Source: Felis catus (taxonomy: Eukaryota). From it: 60,000 bases of DNA. Positions 1 through 11,480 of this stretch are shown piece by piece; within the stretch, counting starts at the first letter, position 1, and each line of letters begins with the position of its first letter. Below the pieces are notes generated by a model that was not told where the DNA came from, searched no databases, and saw only the letters and a program-made list of their open reading frames with translations. The stretch spans positions 4,590,001-4,650,000 of the forward strand of contig NC_058369.1 of NCBI RefSeq assembly GCF_018350175.1, in the 5' to 3' direction. The position numbers and the translations under genes are program-made.

Positions 1-1040
1 AAAGAAGTGCAAACATTTATCTATGCAAAAACTTGTGCACAGAATTTCTAACAGTGCAAACAGATAAACAAAACCTAGTCCATCCATACAATGGAGTATG
101 TCCAGCCATAAGGACTGAGGCACTGAGGTGTACGTGCTACAGTGGGATGAGCTCCGAGAACAGGCCGGATAAAAGATGCCAGACCGAAGAGGCCACAGAC
201 TGCATGACTCCACTTCCATGCAAGGTTCAAAATAGGCAAATCTACAGATAAAAAGTACATTAATGTTTGCCAAGGAGGAAGGGAGGATGAGGAGTGACTG
301 CTAACAGGGACAGAGTTTCTTTTTGGACGGAGTGTTCTGGAATTAGTGGTGATGGCTGCACTGCTCCGGAAACACTAAAAACAATGCCGTGTACACTTTA
401 AAGGGATGGACTGTATGCTTTGTGAATTATAAATCCATAAAGCTATGTTTTAAAGAGAGAGACAGGCGGCACCATCTACGCGGAAAGCAGAGACAAGCGC
501 CCATGCTCAGCGCAGGCGAGGGCACCGCTGGAGCCCCGAGACACGCCTGCTCTGTGCGACCAGCTGTCCCACGTGAGCTGGGACCATGACCCCCGTGCGC
601 CCAAAACCTATGTTCACACAAAAACCTGGACGCAAACGTTCAGGGAGACCTTGCTCACGATCACCCAGAACCGGGAACGACCGAGACGTCCTTCACCCGG
701 CAGACGGACAAGCGGACCACAGGGCGTCCACATGGTAAAAAGGAACGAGCCGCGCATTCAGGCAATGACGCGGGTGAATCTTAAGTTCTGCAAAGTGACG
801 GAACCCAGACACCAAGGGCTACGTACTGGACGGTTCTGTTTACACGGCAGTCTGGAAAAGGCAAAACTACAGGGATGCGAAACGGGTGAGTGGCCACAAG
901 GGACTGTGGGGGCAGGGGGCTGACTTCAAAGGGGTGGCGTGGGGGGCCACGGGGGAGGACGGCACCGTTCTGCACTGTTCCGGTAGATGATGGCTGCATG
1001 TCAAGACCCGGTGTGAACTTCACCGAAAACAAACTGAAAC
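1..1040 (+). mobile_element. Ancient L1 (L1M-type) 3'-end fragments
   Basis: Matches to L1 3' motifs such as tccatacaatggagtat, ttccatgcaaggttcaaaataggcaaatc and aaaacctatgttcacacaaaaacc. Confidence 0.75.
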
Positions 1041-1489
1041 GATAAGGATGGACAGCTGGGCAGGGGCAGGGGGCCCAGGGTGCAATGCAGGCTGTGACCA
1101 ACGAGCCTTGCCCTATTCCAAACGTACGACAGAACCGCATCGGCGAGGATGTGGGAAGCAGCGGTGTGTTTGAGCCACGCAGCAGAAGGCCGAAGACAGG
1201 AAGGATTCCACACAAACACTGTACTCAGGCTGGTAAACGTACTTCTTCCAGGAGGCCTGGTCAGCAATTCGGAAACTGCTTTCCCAGCCCGCTGGAGTTC
1301 AACAATAAGCAAATATATGGTAGATGATGAGGGTCGGGTTTCTCCCTTCAGAGAAAGTTAAGATAAGCAATGGAGGAATGCTAGAAGAAACCCGTTGGTG
1401 CGGGGCTGGAGGTGAAGGCCCCGCTATGAACCGATGTTCGCTGTGACACCACACAGACGCAGAAGTGACGCAGGCGGGGGTGGTGAGCA

Positions 1490-2049
1490 CAGGTGACCCT
1501 TGAACAATGCGGGGGTTGGGGCGCCGAACTCCTCCCACCCCCGCCAGCACTCAAAAACCTGCCTAGGAACTTTTGACTCCCCCCAAACTTAACTACCAAC
1601 AGTCTACTGTTGATGGGAGCCTTATCAATAACATAAGGAGGATAAACACACATTTTGTATGCTGTATTATTATATACTGTATTCTTTATTTTTTAATGTT
1701 TATTTATTTTAAGAGACAGAGCAAGTGGGGAAGGGGCAGAGAGAGAGAAGGAGGAAGAGAGAGAGAATCCCAAGTAGGCTCCATGCTGCCAGCACAGAGC
1801 CCGACACAGGGCCCGAACTCATCAACTGTGACATCATCACCTGAGCTGAAATCAAGTGGGACATCCAACCGACTGAGCCACTCAGGCGTCCCATAAACTA
1901 TATTTTTTAACAACAAATTAAGCTAGAAAAAGAAAATGTTATTTAAAAAATCATTAAGAAACACATTTACGGTACTGTTATTTATTAAAAACAATCCACA
2001 CAGAAGTGGACCCACACAGTTCAAACCCGTGTTGTTCAAGGGTCAACTG
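1490..2049 (+). mobile_element. Tigger2a-like non-autonomous TcMar DNA transposon, split by a SINE
   Basis: TIRs caggtgacccttgaacaatgcggg and cccgtgttgttcaagggtcaactg, followed by TA; internal sequence resembles Tigger2a. Confidence 0.85.
1686..1891 (-). mobile_element. CAN-SINE
   Basis: tRNA-derived head, (CT)n region and A-rich tail in reverse orientation. Confidence 0.92.
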
Positions 2050-2059
2050 TAAAATGCAT

Positions 2060-3130
2060 GCATTTCCCAGCTCTGTCCCAGGAGAGGCCCAAATGCAGTG
2101 ATATCACAGCAGCAAAAAGCACACTTCACTCCCAGATCTTGGCTTTTACATACCATTCTTTAATAAAAGGGACCAGGACTCCTTTACAGATGGCTGATTC
2201 TAGGGCTGGGGCAGGGAGACCCAGGATGAGCCTGTGGTGCCTGAAAGTGAGAAATCACCCCAAAAACCATGATGGGAACATAATGAAAGGGCACAAGGGC
2301 CCGCCTGAGGGAGGTCCCATTGGCCACAAGAACAGTTTGAATAACAATGGGACTCGATTATAATCCAAAGGAAAAAATCAAATATCCACGAATCCACACT
2401 GAAATAAATGAATGAGTGAATAAATCTGTAAACGGGGGATAAGGGACAACTCTTCCTTACAGAAAAATTCCAATTAATAAATTCAGAAATAAAGGAAACA
2501 GAAATCCCCACAGAACACCCCTGATGGATGCTGAACTTGAAACGGTTGGGATGACACTTGGAAAAGAAACAGGTTATCTGCACAGTTGCAAAGAATCTCC
2601 CCCAAACAGCTATAACAATGTTACTATGGTGGTCTGAACCACCACCGCCAGGATACCAAGCTGGATTTCTCTCCGCCTGAGTGTAGCCTGGACTGGACTT
2701 GCTTCTAATAAGTAGCAGAGTATGCAACCCCACCTAATCACGAGGAAACACCACACAAGCCAAGCTGAGGGGCACTCTTCAAAATGCTAGGCTAGCATAT
2801 TTTTATTTTTTATTTATTTTTAATTTTTGGATAGAATTTAATATTATTAAAATGTCAAGATCACAAAAGACCAGCAAAAGCAGAGGACTTGTCACAGAAT
2901 GAAGGAGAAAAAGAGGCATGATGCTAAATGCAATGTAGGATCCTGAATAGCTTCTAGAACAGAAAAAGAACACTAGGAAATGGGGAAATCCAAATAGAGT
3001 CTGTTAATAAAAGTCTGTAAATTCAAATTAATATTGTGTGTGCCATGGTCGTGGAAAATGTTAATATGAGGGCTCTTTGTACAACCTCTGCAACTCTGCA
3101 AATTACTTCAAAATTAAAAGTTATAAAAAA
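2060..3130 (+). mobile_element. Old L1MC/MD-type 3'UTR remnant
   Basis: Motifs such as gatggctgattctagggctggggcagg and ctaaatgcaatgtaggatcctg. Confidence 0.6.
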
Positions 3131-3274
3131 AAATCCGGATGATGACACAGTCCGTGCTCGGTTGTTAGTGAAAGATCTTTATGTATGTTTGGAGCAACCT
3201 GAGTTTGTGGATCTGCTTCTTTCTTTGAATGTGAATTTTATGGAATCTAAATACAGATCAAGTCTTTCTGAACA

Positions 3275-3483
3275 GGGGCACCTGAGTGGCTCAGTCGGGT
3301 GAGCGTTCGATTCTAGATTTCGGCTCAGGCCGTGGTCTCACAGTTCGTGGGACTGAGCTCCGTGTTGGGCTCTGCGCTGACAGCATGGAGCCTGCCTGGG
3401 ATTTTCTCTCTCCCTCTTTCTCTGCCCCTTCCCCGCTCGTGCACATGCACACTCTCTCTTAAAATAAATAAACTTTTAAAAAA
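3275..3483 (+). mobile_element. CAN-SINE
   Basis: ggggcacctgagtggctcagtcgg head and AATAAA tail; flanked by a tctttctga duplication. Confidence 0.92.
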
Positions 3484-3610
3484 TCTTTCTGATAAAATTT
3501 AGCATCCAAATTGAGATGATTCAGTAACTGTAATACACCAAATTTTAAAGGGTTGTATGAAAAAAGAATACAAAATATCTCAGGGATTTAAGAATACTGA
3601 TTACGTGTTT

Positions 3611-3820
3611 GGGGTGACGGGGTGGCTCAGTCAGTTGACTGCCACACTTCGGCTCGGGTTATGATCTCACAGCTCATGAGTTCGAGACCCACATTGGGCT
3701 CGCTGCTGCCAGCACAGAGCCCACTTCAGATCTGCCGTCCACCCACCCCCCTTCTCTCTGCCCCTTCCCTACTCGCACTCTCTCAAAAAACAAACAAACC
3801 TTAAAAGACAAAACAAAACA
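3611..3820 (+). mobile_element. CAN-SINE
   Basis: SINE body with TSD agaatactgattacgtgtt / agaatactgatcacatgtt. Confidence 0.9.
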
Positions 3821-4372
3821 AAGAATACTGATCACATGTTGAGATGATGTTTTAGATATAGTGGGCTAAAATACATTATCAAAATTAATTTCACCCATTT
3901 CTCTTTTGGCCTTTTTTAATGTGGCTACTAAAAACAATTTGACTACATGGGTGGCTTAAATATTTTACTGGACAGCCAGAGTACAGGACATAATTCACTC
4001 ACTGAGACGAGAAGGGCTTCAAACACGTCTGGCCACTTGCAGAACAACATGCAGATACAAAGGGAGCATTTCAGCAAAACTCCACTCTCTTGATCCCTAG
4101 GACACTTAGGAACCGATTTCCCTGTCTGAACCAGGTCCCCTGTCCTGGGGCAGCACTAGCACGTTCTCCTGGGCCACAACCAACGCTCTAGTTGACTTTC
4201 CAAAGGAATAAACCAACCACAGCTCCCAATGGCTTCTGGATCAACATGTGATCAGAGGGCAACCATCTGGATCCCCCTGGATCACTTAAGCTCCCAACTC
4301 AGGGAACTCAGGTCACCCATTCACTCTGCCCCATAATGTGCTTTAACTGTTGGCATTTAAAAACAGGGGCCA

Positions 4373-4601
4373 GGGGCGCCTGGGTGGCGCAGTCGGTTAA
4401 GCGTCCGACTTCGGCCAGGTCACGATCTCGCGGTCCGTGAGTTCGAGCCCCGCGTCGGGCTCTGGGCTGATGGCTCAGAGCCTGGAGCCTGTTTCCGATT
4501 CTGTGTCTCCCTCTCTCTCTGCCCCTTCCCCGTTCATGCTCTGTCTCTCTCTATCCCAAAAATAAATAAGAAACGTTGAAAAAAAAATTAAAAAAAAAAA
4601 A
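4373..4601 (+). mobile_element. Very young felid CAN-SINE (SINEC_Fc-like)
   Basis: Intact CpGs and A/B boxes, long A tail, perfect TSD aaaaacaggggcc (4359-4371 and 4602-4614). Confidence 0.96.
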
Positions 4602-4616
4602 AAAAACAGGGGCCTA

Positions 4617-5580
4617 TCCAGAATTCACAAAAATTCTCACAACTCAACAACAAAAAGACAAACTACCCAATTAAAAAATGAGCAAAAAGGCTTGGGTAGA
4701 TGTTTCTTCAAAAAATAGGCAAGTGGCCAACGAGCGCATGAAAAGATGCTTGGCATCGCTCGTCACCTGGGAAACGCAACTCAAAACAACCACGAGATGC
4801 CACTTCACACCCTCTAGGGTGGCTAGGATGGAAAAGATTAATAAACGGGGAAAAAAAAAAAAAAAAGGAAGGCCGTGGCAGCAAGGGTGCAGGGAGAAGT
4901 GGGACCCTCATACGCTGCTGGTGGGAACGTAAAACCATTCAGCAACTGCACAGAGCGGTTTGGTGGTCCCTTAAACAGCTGAGCATTGAGCGCTGCCTGG
5001 CTGGCTTGGCTGGAAGAGCACGTGACTCTTGATCCCAGGGTTGTGTGTTCAAGCCCGACGTCGGGTGTGGAGATAACTTTAAGAAAAGGAGAGAGGGAAA
5101 AACAAAGAAAAAAAAATCAAACACAGAAATACGGTCTGACCTAGCAACTCCACTCCTGGGTAGATACCGAAGGAACCGGAAACCGGTGACCGAACAAGCG
5201 CACACACACACACGTGTTCGTGGCAGCAGGCGATTCGTGGCGGCCACGAGGCGGAAACAGCTCAAATGCCCATGAGCAGATGAATGGATGGACAGCTCCA
5301 TGTTGCGGAAAGTTATTCAGCCGTGAAAAAGCACGACATTCTGACACGCGGTACAATGTGGATGAGCTCATAAATGGCACTCTAAGTGAAGGAGGCCAGG
5401 CACGAAGGGTCACGTGAGGAACAAATGGGAAACGCACGCAGGTTTTCGGTTTGGGCTGAAGAAAATGTTTCGGGAGCGCATGGCGACGGCTGCTGCGTAA
5501 CGCTGAATTCCCTGATCACCACTCAGCTGTTCCCTTACAAGTGGCTGATTTTACGTTCTAGGACTTTCACTTCGGTTTTG
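4617..5580 (+). mobile_element. L1 ORF2 3' end and 3'UTR remnant with a short old CAN-SINE at ~4990-5085
   Basis: caactcaacaacaaaaagacaaac, gaaaagatgcttggcatcgctc and gacctagcaactccactcctggg. Confidence 0.8.
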
Positions 5581-6129
5581 GAAACGGTAGGGGGGCGCAC
5601 AACACACTCACTGCTCACGTCACGAGGCGTCTTGCCACCCTCTGGAATCAGTCTGACCCATCCGTTCGGTCACTCATTTCACCAGCGCTGACCCAGAGCC
5701 ATCGCCGTGCTGGAGGCCAACACACAGCAGAGAACTCGACCGACGGGGCCCCGCCCTCAAGAGCGCACATTCCAGTGGCGGAGACAGACATCGGACACAT
5801 AAACGCAGGCAGTTAAGGACCACGGAAAAGCGGAAGAACAGTGAACCAGGAGAAAGGCCAGGAGGGAAGCCCGAACTCAGAGGAAGATGAGAGCACAGGG
5901 CTCCGGGCTCTCCCACGTCCTCACTGGGGAACCCCGAGCAGGTTGACTTCTCTCCCCTCTCATCTCTCATTCTCCTGCCTGTAAAACGGGACCTCCCCCT
6001 TCGCGGGGCTCTGCGAGGATCATGGGAGCTACTGCGTAAAACGCCCAACACAGCCCCCTGGCCTAGGTTATCATTAAACACTTGTTTCCCTAGGGATAAA
6101 ATCACCCGAGGGGTAGCAATACTATAAAA

Positions 6130-6827
6130 AGCCCAAATCACATGATCATCTCACCAAATGCAGGAAGAGTATTTGACGATTCCACACCCTTCTGTGATTA
6201 AAACAAAAACAAAAACAAAAACCTCCGCAAACTAGAAACAGAAGGAAACTACCTCAACACGATAAAAGCCGCATATGGAAAACCCACAGCCAACATCACA
6301 GTCAATGGTGAAAGACTGACAGCTTTCCCTCTCTGGTCACAAGGCAAGGAAGCCTGCTTTCACCACTTGCATTTAACACAGTGCTGCAAGTTGCAGCCAG
6401 AGCACGAGGCAACAGAAACAAAAAACAAAGCCGTCCTAATCGGAAAGGAAAAAGTGAGCTCCGCTGTTGGCAGATGATACACTCAAATGCAGAAAACCCT
6501 ACGGTTCCACACCCCCCCCCCCCAACCAAGAAACCTGTCAGAATAAATGAATTCGCAAAGTTAGGGGATACAAAATCAACAAACACAAAAAAACCAGCTG
6601 CCTTTCTATACACTAACAAGGAACAATCTGTAAACAAAATGAAGAAAACAAATCCACTTAAAATAGCGTCAAAAAAACCTTAAAACACTTAGGAATTAAC
6701 TTAGCCGAGGAGGTAAAAGATTTGTACAATAAAAACTACAAGCCACTGCTGAAAGAACTTGAAGACCTAAGAGGAAAGACATCCGAGCTCGTGGACTGCA
6801 AGACTTGAACTGTTAAAATCTCAGTAT
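6130..6827 (+). mobile_element. L1 ORF2 (RT region) remnant
   Basis: cacatgatcatctca, aaacccacagccaacatca, gatacaaaatcaac and ctgttaaaatctcagtat. Confidence 0.85.
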
Positions 6828-7237
6828 TGGCGGGGCACGGCAGCACGAAAACGTCCACCTTTAGCCGGGCAGGCTAACCTCTAGCCTGCATAGTTCTGAT
6901 AAGGATCAAATGCGTGCCGGTCGCTACATTCTTACAGGGTCTCATGACTGCCTGTATATCTCACCAACAGTTAATGTCGAACTGAATGACAAGCACCAGA
7001 GAAATCTTGCGAAAGTAGTTTTGCAGGTAGAAAGTCGAAGAAAACACCTGTGACCTAACGCTCCCGGTACGTCCCCTCCCCCTCGAGCACTGAGCGACAA
7101 CCACAGCTTCCCACAGCAAAAGCGCGGCTCTGTCTGCCCATGGCTCCTACCCCGGGGCGACCTGCATAAACTTACTAAGTTGCACCTACAGCATCTCAAG
7201 AATCCTTTCTTGGCTGTTGCACTCGACGACCTCGCCA
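6828..7237. other. Unclassified ~410-bp insertion-like segment interrupting an L1
   Basis: Abrupt compositional switch out of and back into L1 ORF2. Ends TGGCGGGG...CCTCGCCA, flanked by CAGTAT and CAGTAC. Confidence 0.6.
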
Positions 7238-7800
7238 CAGTACAGCTGTTGTGGAAGACGGCATGGTGTTTCCTCAAAATATTAAAAATAGATTTGCCAT
7301 GTGTCGGTAATTGCACTTCTGGATATGTACCCAAAGGAACTGAAGGCAGGATCTCAAAGAGGTATTTCTATACTCCTGTTCCTAGCAGCAGCATTCACAG
7401 CAGCTAAAATGTGGAAGGACCCCAAGTGTCTGCAGATAGACAAATGGATAAGCACAATGTGGCAGGTGTATCCACACGATATAACACTATTTAGCTGTAC
7501 AAGGGAATGAGGCACGGTCACACACTACAACGTGGATGAACCCTGGAAACACGATCCTCAGTGAAGAGAGCCAAACACCAAAGGACCAACGCTCTATGGG
7601 TCTACTTGTATGAGGAACCTAGAGTAGGCAAGTTCATGGACGGAAAGTAGAACAGAGGTCGCCAGGGGCCGGGAAGGCGGGGAGAAGAGATTATTTCACA
7701 GAGACAGTTTTATTTGCGATGCTCAGGAAGCTCTGGAAACAGTAGTAATGGCTGCACGGCATTGTACATGTAGCTCATGCCACCGAATTGTGCATTGAAA
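7238..7800 (+). mobile_element. L1 ORF2 C-terminus and 3'UTR remnant
   Basis: ttcctcaaaatattaaaaatag, cccaagtgtc and aacgtggatgaaccctgg. Confidence 0.85.
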
Positions 7801-7808
7801 AATGGTTA

Positions 7809-8015
7809 GGGGCGCCTGGGTGGCCCAGTCGGTTAAGCGGCAGACTTCGGCTCAGGTCATGATCTGGCAGTTTGTGAGATCGGGTCCCGCATCAAGCTCC
7901 ATGCTGACAGCTCAGAGCCTGGAGCCTGCTTCGGATTCTGTGTCTCCCTCTCTCTCAGCCCCTCCCCAGCTCACGCTCTGTCTCTCTCAAAAATAAATAT
8001 TAAAAAAATTTTTCT
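7809..8015 (+). mobile_element. CAN-SINE
   Basis: Full-length; TSD aaaaatggtta. Confidence 0.93.
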
Positions 8016-9570
8016 TAATAAAAATGGTTAAAATGATCAATATTATTTCACAGATGCACACACACACACACCATAAACCAGAAAAGACAAAATCAATAAA
8101 ATGGCTTCATCAAAATCAAGACCTTCTACTCTTTGCACAACGCTGGCGAAAGACTGAGAAAGCAAGCCACAGATGGAAAAATATCTGCAAATGAAAGAAT
8201 CATAAAGGAATGATATCCAGAAATCTAAAGAAATCCCAAAAACTCAGTAAGAAAACAGACAACCCAACATTTATAAAAATGGCAGATACTTTGAACAGAC
8301 ACCTCATTAGAGGAATGAAAAGTAAGCATATGAAAACATGCTCAATGCCTTTAGTCATTAGGGAAAAGTCTGGAACCAGATGGTTTTACTGGTAAACTCT
8401 ACCAAACATTCCAAGAATTAACACTAATTCCACTCAAACTCTTCCAAAAATAGAAGAGGAAGGAATACTTCCTAACATATTCTATGAAGCCGGCATTACT
8501 CTGATACCAAAGACAGACAAAGACACCACAAGAAAACTATAGACCAAAATTCCTTGTGAATATAAAATCTTCAAAGGATTTTCCACTAGCATACAGTATC
8601 ACATTTAAAAGATTATACACATAAACCAAACGGTTTTTATCCCAGGAATGCAAGGGCAGTTTAATGTAAGAAAACCAATCAAAATGTAATATGCCATATT
8701 AATAAAACAAAGGAAAAAAACCAACAACTCCACATCATTATCTCAGCAAAGACAGAAAAAGTGTTGGAAAAAATGTAATGTCCTTTCATGATGAAAACAC
8801 TCAGTAAATTAGGAATAGAAGGGGACTTCCTAAACCCGGAAAGGACATTTATGAAAAACCCACCACTGACAGCATACTCAATAGCAAAAGACTGAAGACT
8901 TACTCTTAAGTGTTAAAACGTAAGATCAGGAACAAGGTAAGGATGACCACTTTCATCATGACTTTGAACACTGTAATCGCAAGTCCTAGTCAGAGCAACA
9001 AGGCAAGAAAAAGGGGAAAAAAGGAGGTAGGTTTCCAAATGAGAAAGGAAGAAGTAAAATTATCTCTCTGTTGATCTCTTACACATAGAAAATCCCAAAG
9101 AAGCCACACACATACACACAAATAAACAGATTCAGTAAAGTTGCAGGGTCCAAGATCAACACACAAAAATCAGTTGTTTCTATATACCATCGATAAACAA
9201 TCCAAAAAGAAAATTAGGAAAACAACTCCACTGACGACAGTATATGCAAAAGCATAAAATGCCTAGGAATAAATTCGACCAAGAAGGTAAAGGACTGTAT
9301 ACGGAAAAGTGCAAAACATGGCTGAAAGAAATGAAAAAAAATCTAATTAAATGGAAAGGTTTCCCATATTCATCATTTGGAAGACTTAGTAACATTAAAA
9401 AAAAAAAAAAAAAAAAAAGGTAACACCTCCAAAGTGACTTACAGATTCAATGCAATGCTTCTCAAAATTCCCGTGGTCTTTTTTACAAAAATGGAAAGCC
9501 AGGTATCAAATTCATATAGAGCCGCAGAAGCCCCAAATAACCAAAACCACATTAAAAAATAAGCAAACAA

Positions 9571-9766
9571 GAGGAGCCTGGGTGGCTCAGATGGTTAAGT
9601 GTCTGACTTCACATCATAGTTCGTAGGTTTAAGCCCCGTGTCAGGCTCTGTGCTGACAGCATGGAGCCTGGAGCCCGCTACGGAGTCTGTCTCCCTCGCT
9701 CTCTTCCCCTCCCCTTCTTGTGCTCAGTCTCTCAAAAAAAAAAAAAAAAAAAAAGTTGAAAAAAAA
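9571..9766 (+). mobile_element. CAN-SINE (older)
   Basis: Head gaggagcctgggtggctcag and poly-A tail. Confidence 0.88.
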
Positions 9767-9992
9767 ATTTTTTTTTTAATTTTTTTTTCAACGTTTTATT
9801 TATTTTTGGGACAGAGAGAGACAGAGCATGAACGGGGGAGGGGCAGAGAGAGAGGGAGACACAGAATCGGAAACAGGCTCCAGGCTCTGAGCCATCAGCC
9901 CAGAGCCCGATGCGGGGCTCGAACTCACGGACCGCGAGATCGTGACCTGGCTGAAGTCGGACGCAAAACCGACTGCGCCACCCAGGCGCCCC
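9767..9992 (-). mobile_element. Young felid CAN-SINE inserted in the tail of the preceding SINE
   Basis: Near-identical to the 4373 copy but reversed; gaaaaatttt-like duplication on both sides. Confidence 0.94.
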
Positions 9993-10372
9993 GAAAAATT
10001 TTTAAAAATAAACAAAACCCCCACAGAGTTCGAGGACTGTCATTTCCTAATGTCAAAACTTCCCACAAAGCTAAAACAATCCAAACCGAATGGCACCAGA
10101 AGGACACAAAAACCAATGAAGTACAAGTGAGAGTCCAGAAAGAAACCCAAACATCTACGGCTGCGATAACTCAACAGTCTCTTAAACAAATGGTGCCAGG
10201 ACAAATGAATAATCACATTCAAAAGAATGAATTGGACCCGACCTCATGGCACATACAGAAATTGACTCGAATCAACTGTCTACATGTAAGATGTAAAACT
10301 ATACAAGTAATATAAGTAAGCATAGGGATAAACCTTCACAACCTCAGATTTGGCAATGGAGTCTGAGATTTT

Positions 10373-10582
10373 TTTAACAATTTTTAATGTTTATTTATTT
10401 TTGAGAGAGATAGAGTGCAAGTGGGGGAGGGGCAGAGAGAGAAGGAGACACAGAATCCGAAGCAGGCTCCGGGCTCCAAGCTGTCAGCACAGAGCCCGAT
10501 GCGGGGCTCGAACTCACGGACCGCGAGATCATGACCTGAGCTGAAGTCGGATGCCTAACCAACTGACCGGACCAGGCGCCCC
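10373..10582 (-). mobile_element. CAN-SINE
   Basis: Perfect 16-bp TSD tggagtctgagatttt. Confidence 0.94.
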
Positions 10583-10973
10583 TGGAGTCTGAGATTTTGT
10601 ACTCTGTGAGTAACAAATAAAAATAGATTAATTTGAACTTCATAAAAACCAAAAGCTTTTACACATAAAAGGACATTATCAGAATATGATAAAACAACCT
10701 ACAGGACGGGAGAAAAGATTTGTAAATCATGTATCTAGTAAGGGTTTACCATGCAGAACATATGAAGAACTCTTACAACTCAACAGCAAAAACACAGACA
10801 ATCCAATTAAAAAATTGACAAAGAATGTATATAGACATTTCTCTAAATAACATATACAAATGGCCAATAAGCACATGAGATGTTCAACATCACTGGTCTT
10901 TAAGGAAATGCAAATCAAAACCTCAATGAGATACCATCTCATACCCACTAGGAAAGCTATAATAAAAAAAATT

Positions 10974-11170
10974 GGGGGCCACTTGGGTGGCTCAGTTGGT
11001 TGAGCATCTGACTCTTGATTTTGGCTCAGGTCATGATCTCACAGCTCATGGGATCGAGCCCTGCGTTAGGCTCCACACTGTCAGCACGGAGCCTGCTTGG
11101 GATTCTCTCTCTCCCTCTCTGTCTCTGCACACACACCCTCTCTCTGAAAATAAACATTTAAAAAAAAAAA
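10974..11170 (+). mobile_element. CAN-SINE
   Basis: Typical head, body and tail. Confidence 0.9.
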
Positions 11171-11480
11171 CATTTTTAATGGAAAATAACAAGCATTGAT
11201 GAGGATGTGGAAAATAAGAGCCCCCATACATTGCTGGTGGGAATATAAAATGGGGCGGCCAACGTAGCAGACAGTTTGGCAGTTCCTCATAAAAGTTAAA
11301 GGCAGAATTACCACGTGACCCAGCAATTCCACTCCTAGGTACACACCCAGAGGAAATCAAAACTGGAACTCAAACATGTACATGTACAAGGATGCTCACA
11401 GCAGCATGAGTCACAGTAGTGAGCAAGTGGGAACAGCCCAAATGTCTACCGACAGATGAATGAATAAACAAATTACAGGA

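Larger units (their letters stand above)
3175..3976 (+). mobile_element. hAT-Charlie (Charlie1/MER33-like) 3' end interrupted by two SINEs
   Basis: tctaaatacagatcaag, aaaattaatttcacc, ttttaatgtggctacta and terminal ...ggacagc. Confidence 0.7.

Noticed and set aside
4373..4460. tRNA gene
   Set aside because: The A/B boxes belong to the tRNA-derived head of a CAN-SINE and continue into SINE body, tail and TSD.
9638..10315. 225-aa ORF and many similar MISxxVSSSPASGSVLTAQSLEP ORFs
   Set aside because: Translations of CAN-SINE and L1 sequence.
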